64,000 nt of DNA from an uncultured virus (IMG/VR IMGVR_UViG_3300020716_000002) (taxonomy: Duplodnaviria; Heunggongvirae; Uroviricota; Caudoviricetes), in the IMG/VR virus record IMGVR_UViG_3300020716_000002; one strand, written 5' to 3'. The position numbers were made by a program, and so were the translations under genes. The notes below the pieces were generated by a model. That model did not search any database. It was not told where the DNA came from and was given only the letters and a program-made list of their open reading frames with translations. How positions within the stretch are numbered: the first letter of the stretch is position 1; each line of letters begins with the position of its first letter. Positions 1-7,867 of this stretch are shown here, in pieces.

Positions 1-2
1 AA

Positions 3-137
3 GATCAAGTGTTTACTCATGTCACATACACAAAGCGTGAGGCTTATGAATACCTCCATTCATATCCTAAGCGTAACATCTTCGGTGTTATATATAACAT
101 CTTCGGTCAGCGCCTAGCAATACGCTACGCACGTTAA
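3..137 (+). CDS. 3' end of a hypothetical protein (truncated by window edge)
   Basis: Frame open from the window start to TAA at 135-137 (...KRNIFGVIYNIFGQRLAIRYAR*); not in the ORF track. Confidence 0.5.
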   Translation, partial: DQVFTHVTYTKREAYEYLHSYPKRNIFGVIYNIFGQRLAIRYAR

Positions 138-177
138 TCAACCCGAGGGGCTTTGCCCCTCACCTTAAGGAACTATC

Positions 178-348
178 ATGCGTTTAATTATTTTCTTTGG
201 TGTTTGTGTTTGTGCGTTAGGTATATTGTTATCAGCTGTTGGATTACTTCAGCAGTCGTTAACACCACATGGAGCTGCTTACTGTGAACTAGCCTTCACA
301 ATCATGGGCGGTTATTTAATGTCTTTACTAGCAAGGAGCGAGAAATGA
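178..348 (+). CDS. small membrane protein (56 aa, two hydrophobic segments)
   Basis: AAGGA RBS, ATG at 178, MRLIIFFGVCVCALGILLSAVGLL...; its TGA overlaps the next ATG (ATGA); not in the ORF track. Confidence 0.65.
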   Translation: MRLIIFFGVCVCALGILLSAVGLLQQSLTPHGAAYCELAFTIMGGYLMSLLARSEK

Positions 349-599
349 GTAGCTACACAATTGACTATGGCAATATCCCAGATGGCGATCAAAAGATGTA
401 CTGTGCAATCCAAGACTGCAAGAAGTACTTAGGTACAAGGCAGTTCAAGAAGATAGTATACATACTACAAGGTGACAAGGGTCAGACACCTAGAAACTTG
501 GTCAGACTCGGGTTAGCTCTACAAGGCATCCAAGGTTATCCTGCAGATGCAATGATAGATATGTTTTGGGATTCACAGCGTGAACTAGACTTCAGCTGA
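345..599 (+). CDS. hypothetical protein
   Basis: AAGGAG RBS, followed by a terminator. Confidence 0.7.
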   Translation: MSSYTIDYGNIPDGDQKMYCAIQDCKKYLGTRQFKKIVYILQGDKGQTPRNLVRLGLALQGIQGYPADAMIDMFWDSQRELDFS

Positions 600-603
600 T
601 AGC

Positions 604-634
604 AAAGGAGGACGCACAGCGTTCTCCTTTTTTT
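604..634 (+). terminator. intrinsic terminator
   Basis: AAAGGAGGACGC-ACA-GCGTTCTCCTTT stem followed by a T run, just after the stop at 599. Confidence 0.8.
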
Positions 635-645
635 GTGCCCACACA

Positions 646-730
646 TTTGATACCAGTTATTGAGGGTCGGGCGTGTCGGATCGTGCGCGGTTCAAGCGAG
701 TTATTTAGTAATCCACGCGTACGTGAAAAT
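646..730 (+). repeat. regulatory cassette copy 1 (TTTGATACCAGTTAT ... GAGG.TCG.GCGTGT ... TCCACG-N4-CGTG)
   Basis: Same blocks in the same order at 1518-1610, each copy directly after a terminator. Confidence 0.75.
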
Positions 731-758
731 TGATATTGTTATCGGTATCAGTTAAAAT
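730..758 (+). promoter_or_regulatory. sigma70-type promoter TTGATA-N17-TAAAAT
   Basis: Near-consensus hexamers with a 17-bp spacer upstream of ORF 819; the palindromic site 712-729 abuts the -35. Confidence 0.65.
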
Positions 759-818
759 TCTCATATCGGATAAAATGATTTATCTGATATTTTTTAAACT
801 TTCTAGGAGATAGCTATC

Positions 819-1457
819 ATGGCTACAAAAAAATCGGTTTCCGTTTCCGTTTCCCCAATTACATCTTTAAAAGATGGTGCGTATCAACAAGCTACTGCAC
901 ATTCTAAGATTAGAGACGTAGCTAATTATTGCCTTGAAAATATTGCAGGGTTTCCCGAATCATTACCCGATGAGTCGAGAGCACAATTGTATGAGGGCTA
1001 TCAATTAAGATATGCTCAAAATAACCCTGCAAAGACTTATGCGGTTATCAACTCGCACTACGTTACACGTACTGCAGAGCACGATGACAAGGTAGAAAAG
1101 ATTGAGTTATCTGTTGCGTACGTGATGAGTTTTACATCTCAGGAATTCGGTAAACTCAAAAATGATAATCCTGAATTGCATGGATTAGTTAAAACTCTAA
1201 GAGATTCAGTAGGCACGTATTGCAGTAATCGACGTCTTGATCTAGTTCGCATGGCTAATAATATTTTAGCCGAGAAAGAGGGAAAGGCTAAAACTCGAAC
1301 TGCAAACAAGGATTTTGACGAATCCATAATCGCTATGTTTGAAACATTCGATACCAAAGTGAAAACTGCAAAGAAACGTGGAGACGTTACTGCTGACGAT
1401 CAACGATACAAAAAAGCAAAAATTGCATTTTTAGCGATTTGGAAACCCAATGCTTAA
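819..1457 (+). CDS. hypothetical early protein (212 aa)
   Basis: AGGAG RBS, monocistronic unit between promoter and terminator. Confidence 0.8.
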   Translation: MATKKSVSVSVSPITSLKDGAYQQATAHSKIRDVANYCLENIAGFPESLPDESRAQLYEGYQLRYAQNNPAKTYAVINSHYVTRTAEHDDKVEKIELSVAYVMSFTSQEFGKLKNDNPELHGLVKTLRDSVGTYCSNRRLDLVRMANNILAEKEGKAKTRTANKDFDESIIAMFETFDTKVKTAKKRGDVTADDQRYKKAKIAFLAIWKPNA

Positions 1458-1470
1458 TTAGCATTATCTA

Positions 1471-1506
1471 GAAACCTCCTAGTCGAAAGGCTAGGAGGTT
1501 TTTTTT
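1471..1506 (+). terminator. intrinsic terminator
   Basis: AAACCTCCTAGTC-GAAA-GGCTAGGAGGTTT stem with GNRA loop and T8 tail. Confidence 0.9.
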
Positions 1507-1517
1507 CGCCCCGACTA

Positions 1518-1610
1518 TTTGATACCAGTTATTTGAGGTCGTGCGTGTGAATAGCGTAGGCGCATCGCATAGCAGAGTCTTAATTAGCTTTCCACGCACA
1601 CGTGGAAAAT
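1518..1610 (+). repeat. regulatory cassette copy 2
   Basis: TTTGATACCAGTTATT at 1518; TTTCCACG-CACA-CGTGGAAA at 1589-1608. Confidence 0.75.
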
Positions 1611-1611
1611 C

Positions 1612-2114
1612 TTGTTCTATTTCTAAAAAGTAGAACAAAACCATGTTTGCATCATCTACCATTCTCAGAACTGATAGAAAATAGTTTGTTCTATTTTTAA
1701 AAAGTAGAACAAGACCTACATATGGGGATTTGTTCTATTCTGTGTTCTCAGTTGTGCCTAATTTTTAATCAGCGTAGAACAAGAAAACCTAGTATCCATG
1801 CGGGTTGCGGAGGTTTTGTTCTAATGTTCTACGTTTTTCGACAATGAGTGTCCAAAAATACGAAAAAACTTTGTTCGCAGGACTTGTTTTGCCAATGCAA
1901 GACTTTAGCAAAAAACATCAAAAATAGGAGCGTCCTCTCGAAAATCGTAGAACATTAGAACAAGAATATATTATATATAGTACTTATTATATTAATATTA
2001 ATACTTCCTCTTACAGAAACTAATACCTCAAAGCAAAAAGTAATACCTAACCATGTTCTAAAAATCTTGTTCTATTAGAACAAAAATCGGAACACCAAGA
2101 ACAAACTCAGAACA
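1612..2114. repeat. TTGTTCTA/TAGAACAA iteron array with AT-rich core; probable replication origin
   Basis: More than 15 full or partial copies in both orientations, a 26-bp inverted repeat (1816-1841 / 1938-1963), AT-rich tract 1964-2002, no credible ORF. Confidence 0.7.
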
Positions 2115-2158
2115 TCACATCTGCCCCACTATTTAAAAAAGTTATACAACAACCGAGT

Positions 2159-2245
2159 TTATATGTCAAGTTATGTTATACTTATATCTGAGTCGCAATG
2201 AGTCTTCAATGCGTTCTCATTTAGCTTTCCACGTACACGTGGAAA
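2159..2245 (+). promoter_or_regulatory. extended -10 promoter (TGnTATACT) with downstream palindromic operator
   Basis: 28-bp block 2159-2186 identical to 3773-3800; TTTCCACG-TACA-CGTGGAAA at 2226-2245. Confidence 0.75.
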
Positions 2246-2275
2246 ATCTCATCAATATCAACTGGAGTCAGCATC

Positions 2276-2530
2276 ATGCAAAGAACCGATCAAATCATTC
2301 AACTACACCTATACGATGCAAATCGTAATGACAAACACTATTACATGGTCAACACGTGTGACCCCGATGTACAGACCGATGAGTATTCAGACATCGACGA
2401 TGACCTTGCGGGTTTGACCATTCACTATGAGGAGGAGTACTTCTCAACCAACACCTACATGACCGAGGAAGATGAGATACAAGAATGTCTACTCATTGAA
2501 CTTGAGTGCCAACTCATTGCCAACAACTAA
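2276..2530 (+). CDS. small acidic protein
   Basis: GGAG RBS; D/E-rich (DEYSDIDDD, EEEY, EEDE). Confidence 0.65.
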   Translation: MQRTDQIIQLHLYDANRNDKHYYMVNTCDPDVQTDEYSDIDDDLAGLTIHYEEEYFSTNTYMTEEDEIQECLLIELECQLIANN

Positions 2531-2546
2531 CAACTAGGAGATTATT

Positions 2547-2855
2547 ATGGGACGTATGAAAGATGTACACATTGACTTTATGGATGAGCATGGCTATGAG
2601 CCTACCAATGAAGATATTTTTAAACGATACATGGTCAAAGCCATAGGGATGTCCGCACCACATTGTCGTAACTGCGATGAAGAGTATTCCATCGAGAGGT
2701 GGAAGCTTGGTTACAAGTGGTGCATGGACTGCGGTGAGTATTTCGTATCACAGACAAAGCGCACAATCGTGCCCATGCACAAATCCAATTATGTTCTCAT
2801 CACCGATCTCAACGATCTCAAAGGTATCAACAACAAAGGAGGTAACGTCAAATGA
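2547..2855 (+). CDS. C4 zinc-finger protein, DksA/TraR-type finger
   Basis: CRNCDEEYSIERWKLGYKWCMDC fits the CxxC-x5-R-x8-CxxC-like spacing; AGGAG RBS. Confidence 0.65.
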   Translation: MGRMKDVHIDFMDEHGYEPTNEDIFKRYMVKAIGMSAPHCRNCDEEYSIERWKLGYKWCMDCGEYFVSQTKRTIVPMHKSNYVLITDLNDLKGINNKGGNVK

Positions 2856-3034
2856 TTGCTTTAAAGCTAAAAGTTAAAGACCAATATGGTCAAAGAGTTT
2901 TCTATCCCATGTGTGTAGTGAGCGATATCTTCGCACAGATGCTAGGCACAAAGACATTGACAGTAAGGGCTATCAACCACATCAAAGCATTGGGTTATGG
3001 CATTGAATTCATACACGACGAGGTGACACTATGA
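2852..3034 (+). CDS. hypothetical protein
   Basis: GGAGG RBS, ATGA coupling on both sides. Confidence 0.7.
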   Translation: MIALKLKVKDQYGQRVFYPMCVVSDIFAQMLGTKTLTVRAINHIKALGYGIEFIHDEVTL

Positions 3035-3273
3035 CACAGAATAACTTTTCACTAGACGATGGAGACGAGAGTTTCATTATCAACTTACTTTTAGATCAGG
3101 GTCGGATGCTCGACTTAGATACCAAGATGGCAGACATGAGAGGACTCATGGTGTTGTCTAAAAAGTATGGGGCTGAGTACTTAGCTGAGGCGATATATCG
3201 TGTCCACTCAGATATGAAACTAATCACAGATGCATTGAACGATGTCGGATGCGAGTTCGACCCCAAGCTATGA
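3031..3273 (+). CDS. hypothetical protein
   Basis: GAGGT RBS, coupled to the upstream ORF. Confidence 0.7.
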   Translation: MTQNNFSLDDGDESFIINLLLDQGRMLDLDTKMADMRGLMVLSKKYGAEYLAEAIYRVHSDMKLITDALNDVGCEFDPKL

Positions 3274-3320
3274 AAACCGATTTCACTAAAAACTACAGAA
3301 TTAGATACAAGGAGAAAGAT

Positions 3321-3719
3321 ATGGGATACAGATCAGATGTAGCGTACACGATACGCTTTAACCACGAGGACGACACAGTAGTCGACCATTCGTTCTATAC
3401 ATTCTTAGCTGAGGCAAAGTCTAAACCTGAATACGCTCTTGCTCTCGACGATAAAAACATAGAGATTGACGAGGTGCGTTGTCGCATTAACTTCTCGGCA
3501 AACGATGTGAAATGGTACGAGGGTTACCCTGATGTCGACTCACATACGAGACTTTTAGAACTTGCAAAGGACTGGGCAGACAACGAGGCGAACCCTAGCA
3601 TTGGTTATATGTTCATGAGGGTCGGTGAAGAACCTGCCGATATTGAGCACTTAAATGGTGGTGCGTATGACTGGGACTGGATGCAAGTCAGTCGGCAAAT
3701 CGTAACGGACTGGGACTAA
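3321..3719 (+). CDS. hypothetical acidic protein (MGYRSDV start)
   Basis: AAGGAG before the ATG at 3321 favours this start over 3249. Confidence 0.75.
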   Translation: MGYRSDVAYTIRFNHEDDTVVDHSFYTFLAEAKSKPEYALALDDKNIEIDEVRCRINFSANDVKWYEGYPDVDSHTRLLELAKDWADNEANPSIGYMFMRVGEEPADIEHLNGGAYDWDWMQVSRQIVTDWD

Positions 3720-3767
3720 AGTCGTTATATAACTGGCATCTTTCGCATAAAAAAGTTGTGTAAATGC

Positions 3768-3858
3768 TTGTGTTATATGTCAAGTTATGTTATACTTATA
3801 ACTCAGTCGCAAAATGTTTTCAGTTAGTTGTTAGTTATCGTTCCACGTTAACGTGGAA
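3768..3858 (+). promoter_or_regulatory. promoter TTGTGT-N17-TATACT with downstream operator
   Basis: Duplicate of the 2159 block; TTCCACG-TTAA-CGTGGAA at 3841-3858. Confidence 0.8.
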
Positions 3859-3882
3859 TTCTTTTAAATCAAAGGAGATAGT

Positions 3883-4797
3883 ATGTTAGAGAAACCAAGT
3901 CATCTTATATCGTTAGCATCTAGCGGATTCTTAGTGTCACTCGATGTCAACGTGTGGTCGGCAACCAAGCAAGACCGAGGCATCAGCAATGAGGTTACTA
4001 CGGCAAAGCACGCAGATAAAAATGCGGGCAAGTACGTTAAGAATCTACTAGCAGATCACCCAAGGCACAAAGCGATTGTGAATTATCGTCAGACGATTTA
4101 CAACTGGCTGAAACGTAGGACTTATCGGTGGAACAATGCACAGGACTACTTGCCGTCAATTGATATGCCCAAGTTCAAGCAAGAGTACAACGAGCATGAG
4201 ACTGAGTTCTTCAGACTACGTGACGAGTTCATCATCCACTATGATTCTATTGTCTCAGACATGGCGTTCAAGCAAGGCGATATGTTCAACCGAGATGACT
4301 ATCCCAGTAAAGATGATCTCACGCATAGGTTTAACGTTGAATTGTTTGTTGCCGATGTGCCGATGAATGATTTCAGATGCGCCATAGCAAATGACATCGC
4401 TGATGAGTTGTTCAACACATACAGTAAGCAGACTGAGAAAATCATTTCTACCATTATGATTGAGCAACAAAGTCGGTTCGTGGAGGTCATGAAATCAATC
4501 AGTCATTGTTGCGGTGTCGATGAGATCGGTGTCGATGACAACACAGGTGAGACCAAGACAAAGCGTAGGAAGATATACGACACAACAATTATCAAAGCCA
4601 AGGAGATGTGCGAGACATTCAAAGACTTCAATCTTAGTGGCAGTAAGGAACTAGAAGATGCAAGGGCATCGCTAGAGAAAGCATTGGATGGTGTAGACGC
4701 TGAGGCTATTCGTGAGTCAGATGCGGTGCGCCATGCAGTAAAGGAGGATGTCGATGGCATCCTGAGTAAATTCAGTTCGTTCAGTATGTTTCAGTAA
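3883..4797 (+). CDS. conserved helical phage protein (DUF3150-like), linked to the AAA/vWA pair
   Basis: Long ORF with AAGGAG RBS; family call is from resemblance and context only. Confidence 0.55.
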   Translation: MLEKPSHLISLASSGFLVSLDVNVWSATKQDRGISNEVTTAKHADKNAGKYVKNLLADHPRHKAIVNYRQTIYNWLKRRTYRWNNAQDYLPSIDMPKFKQEYNEHETEFFRLRDEFIIHYDSIVSDMAFKQGDMFNRDDYPSKDDLTHRFNVELFVADVPMNDFRCAIANDIADELFNTYSKQTEKIISTIMIEQQSRFVEVMKSISHCCGVDEIGVDDNTGETKTKRRKIYDTTIIKAKEMCETFKDFNLSGSKELEDARASLEKALDGVDAEAIRESDAVRHAVKEDVDGILSKFSSFSMFQ

Positions 4798-4822
4798 TTA
4801 TTAGTTCAACAAAGGAAAAATC

Positions 4823-5938
4823 ATGTCTAAAGAAAAACTCAACTTTATCAACACAGTATCTATCAACGAACTCAGAACTATGATTCCACTCATAGGTGGA
4901 GAGATAACTCCGATCATCCAGTCCGAACCTGGTTGCGGTAAGACTTCTCTGTTATCTATGATAGCAACAGACAATGGTGACAAGTGGCGCAAGGTCGGTG
5001 ACTACTTCGAGTCAGACAAGTACGACTACATCTATGTCGATTGCCCCGTCAAAGATATGTCAGAGATAGGTATGACAATTCCTAACCACACATCAAAATC
5101 CCTTGAATATTATGTGTCAGATTTATTCAAGCTAGACAACGGCAAACCTAAAGTTATCTTACTCGATGAGTTCATGAAGTCTCCCAAGCTATTGCAAGTC
5201 ATCTTCACTAGGCTGATGCTTGAGAGATGCGTAGGTGACGTTCCACTAACACGTGGGTCAATAGTTTTCGGTACAAGTAACAATGCGTCCGATGGTGTTG
5301 GTGACAATATGTTAGCCCATGCGGGGAATCGTGTATGTATCGTGCGTATGGCGAAGTCAACACCTGATGAGTGGTTGCAATGGGCGACAGAGAACAACAT
5401 ATCTCGTGTCATTCGTGCGTTCGTGTCTATGTTCCCTCGTGTATTGGCATCTTATACGACAGGAGATCAAGCGGACAATCCCTACATCTTCAAGCCAAGC
5501 ATGACAACACTATCGTTTTGCTCTCCTCGTTCATTGGCAAAGTGCGATGTGATCGTGAAGAACAGAGACAGGTTGGGTGACAACGCAACAATGGTTGCAC
5601 TAGCGGGTACGATCGGTGCATCAGCGGCTGGTGACATGAGTGCGTTCTTAAAACTTGAGAAGTCTCTCGTTGACTTCAAAGACATCATCAAATCTCCGAA
5701 GACTGTGGCATTGCCTAATGATATCTCTGCTCAACTTATGATCATGTTCCAAGCGGTCGATAGCATCGAGGCACAAGATCAACTAACAAACTTCATGGAG
5801 TTCGTAGAACGCATTGAATCAAGCGAGGTACAAGCGGTGTTCTTTACGATGATGATGCGTACCGCCAAGACGATCAGACTTGCAAGGAACAATCAGAAGA
5901 TTGCGATGTGGGCAAAGGACAATCATGAACTATTTTAA
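4823..5938 (+). CDS. MoxR-like / AAA_5 AAA+ ATPase
   Basis: Walker A SEPGCGKT, Walker B ILLDE, sensor GTSN, Arg finger GNR, sensor-2 SPRS. Confidence 0.85.
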   Translation: MSKEKLNFINTVSINELRTMIPLIGGEITPIIQSEPGCGKTSLLSMIATDNGDKWRKVGDYFESDKYDYIYVDCPVKDMSEIGMTIPNHTSKSLEYYVSDLFKLDNGKPKVILLDEFMKSPKLLQVIFTRLMLERCVGDVPLTRGSIVFGTSNNASDGVGDNMLAHAGNRVCIVRMAKSTPDEWLQWATENNISRVIRAFVSMFPRVLASYTTGDQADNPYIFKPSMTTLSFCSPRSLAKCDVIVKNRDRLGDNATMVALAGTIGASAAGDMSAFLKLEKSLVDFKDIIKSPKTVALPNDISAQLMIMFQAVDSIEAQDQLTNFMEFVERIESSEVQAVFFTMMMRTAKTIRLARNNQKIAMWAKDNHELF

Positions 5939-6086
5939 TTGGGATGACTTTGACTTATGGTTCGGTAAACTTATCATAGTAATGATAGGGATACTTGTCT
6001 TTTCGATACTCTTACTATTCATTTTATTAGTCATGCTATGTCTGATCGGAATAGGTAGTCAAGGGTATCAATTAATATTTCACTAG
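5925..6086 (+). CDS. small membrane protein
   Basis: AAGGA RBS before ATG 5925; about 30-residue hydrophobic stretch. Confidence 0.6.
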   Translation: MNYFNWDDFDLWFGKLIIVMIGILVFSILLLFILLVMLCLIGIGSQGYQLIFH

Positions 6087-6089
6087 GAG

Positions 6090-6281
6090 ATGGAAATGGA
6101 ATTAACAAGTGCTGATTGTTTTCTACTAGGGTGGGCGTTCATGGCGACCATACTATATGTGAAGACTAGGGAAGAATTAAAGTTCTTCAAGTACAGGATG
6201 GGCAATACCTTGCAAGGTATTGCAAAGGGTAAGTTAAAAGTAATTGATCATGGTGATCATTGCGAAATCGAGGAGATTTAA
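6090..6281 (+). CDS. small protein with N-terminal TM helix
   Basis: AGGAG RBS; hydrophobic FLLGWAFMATILYV. Confidence 0.65.
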   Translation: MEMELTSADCFLLGWAFMATILYVKTREELKFFKYRMGNTLQGIAKGKLKVIDHGDHCEIEEI

Positions 6282-6282
6282 T

Positions 6283-7578
6283 ATGCAAGGCAAACAAGAA
6301 ACAAGACTAAAGAGAGCGCACATTGCGCTAATGAAACATCCAGCGACGGCACTTTACTCAGGTGTAATGCTGATGGGTAAGAGCGAGGTCATTGATGGTG
6401 AGGGTACGGCATACACCGATGGTGTCAACAAGCGTTACTATCGCAAGTTCCTTGAGGAACATATCAAGGATGAATCTTCTTTGCGAGGCTTAGTACTTCA
6501 TGAGAATCTTCATGTCGCACTAAAGCAGATTCCACGTGGGCGTGACATGATAAATGACAATCGCAAACTGGCTAACATTGCGATGGACTTTGTGGTCAAC
6601 GATATCATTGTCAATGCGAAAGGTACAGTATCGGGTGGGACTGAACCAATAGTTTCTTTACCGACAGATGGTGCGGTGTATGACCCGATGTTCCACAATT
6701 GGTCAATGCGTGAGGTATACAACTATCTCAAGCCACTCGTAGGTAAAGCACCTCCTCCGTCACAAGGTAGCAAGGGCGATGAGCAAGGTAATGGTTCACC
6801 CCAAGGTGGAACACAAGGTAGTGACGAGGGTTGGGAGAACACAATCACAGTCAACGGCAAGACCTATGATCTTTCTGACTCAGACGAACATGATACATCG
6901 GGCATGGAGGGTCTCGATCATGAGCAACTGAAAGAACTCAATGACAAGATAGATAGTGCTCTACGTGAGGGTGGAATGTTAGCGGGTCGCATGGGTGGCA
7001 AGATGCCAAGAGCAATCACAGATATGTTAGCGCCCAAGGTTGACTGGCGACATGAGTTGCGTGAGTTTGTATCCTCATCAACCAAGGGTAACGACGAGTT
7101 CACATGGCGCAAGATGAACAAGCGACATATGGTCAATGACATCTATCTACCAAGCGTGGAGAATGAATCAATCGGTGAGGTGGTTGTTGCTATCGACACA
7201 TCGGGTTCAATTGGTGAGAAAGAATTGAATGAGTTCGCTAGTGAACTGGCATCAATTTGCGAATTGGTCGAACCTAGCATGGTGCGTATCATTTGGTGGG
7301 ACTACGATGTTCATGGTGAACAAGTCTTTACTGACAACTATGCCAACATCGGTGCAATGCTTAAACCATTGGGCGGTGGTGGTACACGCGTGACGAGCGT
7401 TAACGATTACATCAATGAGAAGAAGATTACCGCAGACTGTGTGCTGATCTTTACCGATGGATACCTTGAGAGCGACATCACATGGACTATCAGTTCACCG
7501 ACATTGTGGTTCGTGACACAAGCGAAAAACTTCGTCGCACCTAATGGTGGAAAGGTAGTTGAGGTGAACGATGAGTAA
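6283..7578 (+). CDS. metallopeptidase-like + vWA domain protein (DUF2201-type)
   Basis: HExxH (LHENLH), low-complexity linker, MIDAS DTSGS, GGGGT and FTDG motifs; GAGGAG RBS before ATG 6283. Confidence 0.85.
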   Translation: MQGKQETRLKRAHIALMKHPATALYSGVMLMGKSEVIDGEGTAYTDGVNKRYYRKFLEEHIKDESSLRGLVLHENLHVALKQIPRGRDMINDNRKLANIAMDFVVNDIIVNAKGTVSGGTEPIVSLPTDGAVYDPMFHNWSMREVYNYLKPLVGKAPPPSQGSKGDEQGNGSPQGGTQGSDEGWENTITVNGKTYDLSDSDEHDTSGMEGLDHEQLKELNDKIDSALREGGMLAGRMGGKMPRAITDMLAPKVDWRHELREFVSSSTKGNDEFTWRKMNKRHMVNDIYLPSVENESIGEVVVAIDTSGSIGEKELNEFASELASICELVEPSMVRIIWWDYDVHGEQVFTDNYANIGAMLKPLGGGGTRVTSVNDYINEKKITADCVLIFTDGYLESDITWTISSPTLWFVTQAKNFVAPNGGKVVEVNDE

Positions 7579-7867
7579 ACCAAACTTAAGAAACTCATTA
7601 GAACTTAGAGTGTGGATGCAAGAAAGTTCGGCACGAGTGGCAATAGCATCAAGCGTAGGAGGTGACCCCGATATGGCAACTGCAAGATTCGCAGATCAGT
7701 TAGTCGATGAGTTATTAGAACTCTATAAGTCAAATCCTGACATGGCTTATGGCTATGCTCTGAGTGAGGCTGAACTGAGTCAAGATGAGTTCCAACGACA
7801 GATGTGGTTATCGGTGTGTAAAGTATTGGATGACAGACTAGGACTTAAAAAAGGAGATGAGCAATGA
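7571..7867 (+). CDS. hypothetical protein
   Basis: Coupled ORF with GAGGT RBS. Confidence 0.7.
   Translation: MSKPNLRNSLELRVWMQESSARVAIASSVGGDPDMATARFADQLVDELLELYKSNPDMAYGYALSEAELSQDEFQRQMWLSVCKVLDDRLGLKKGDEQ

Noticed and set aside
74..107. 13-bp direct repeat TAACATCTTCGGT
   Set aside because: Lies within a reading frame (NIFG twice); only two copies
1612..2114. CRISPR array
   Set aside because: Repeats are 8 bp, in both orientations and irregularly spaced; no unique spacers; the Cas4-like gene belongs to the replication module
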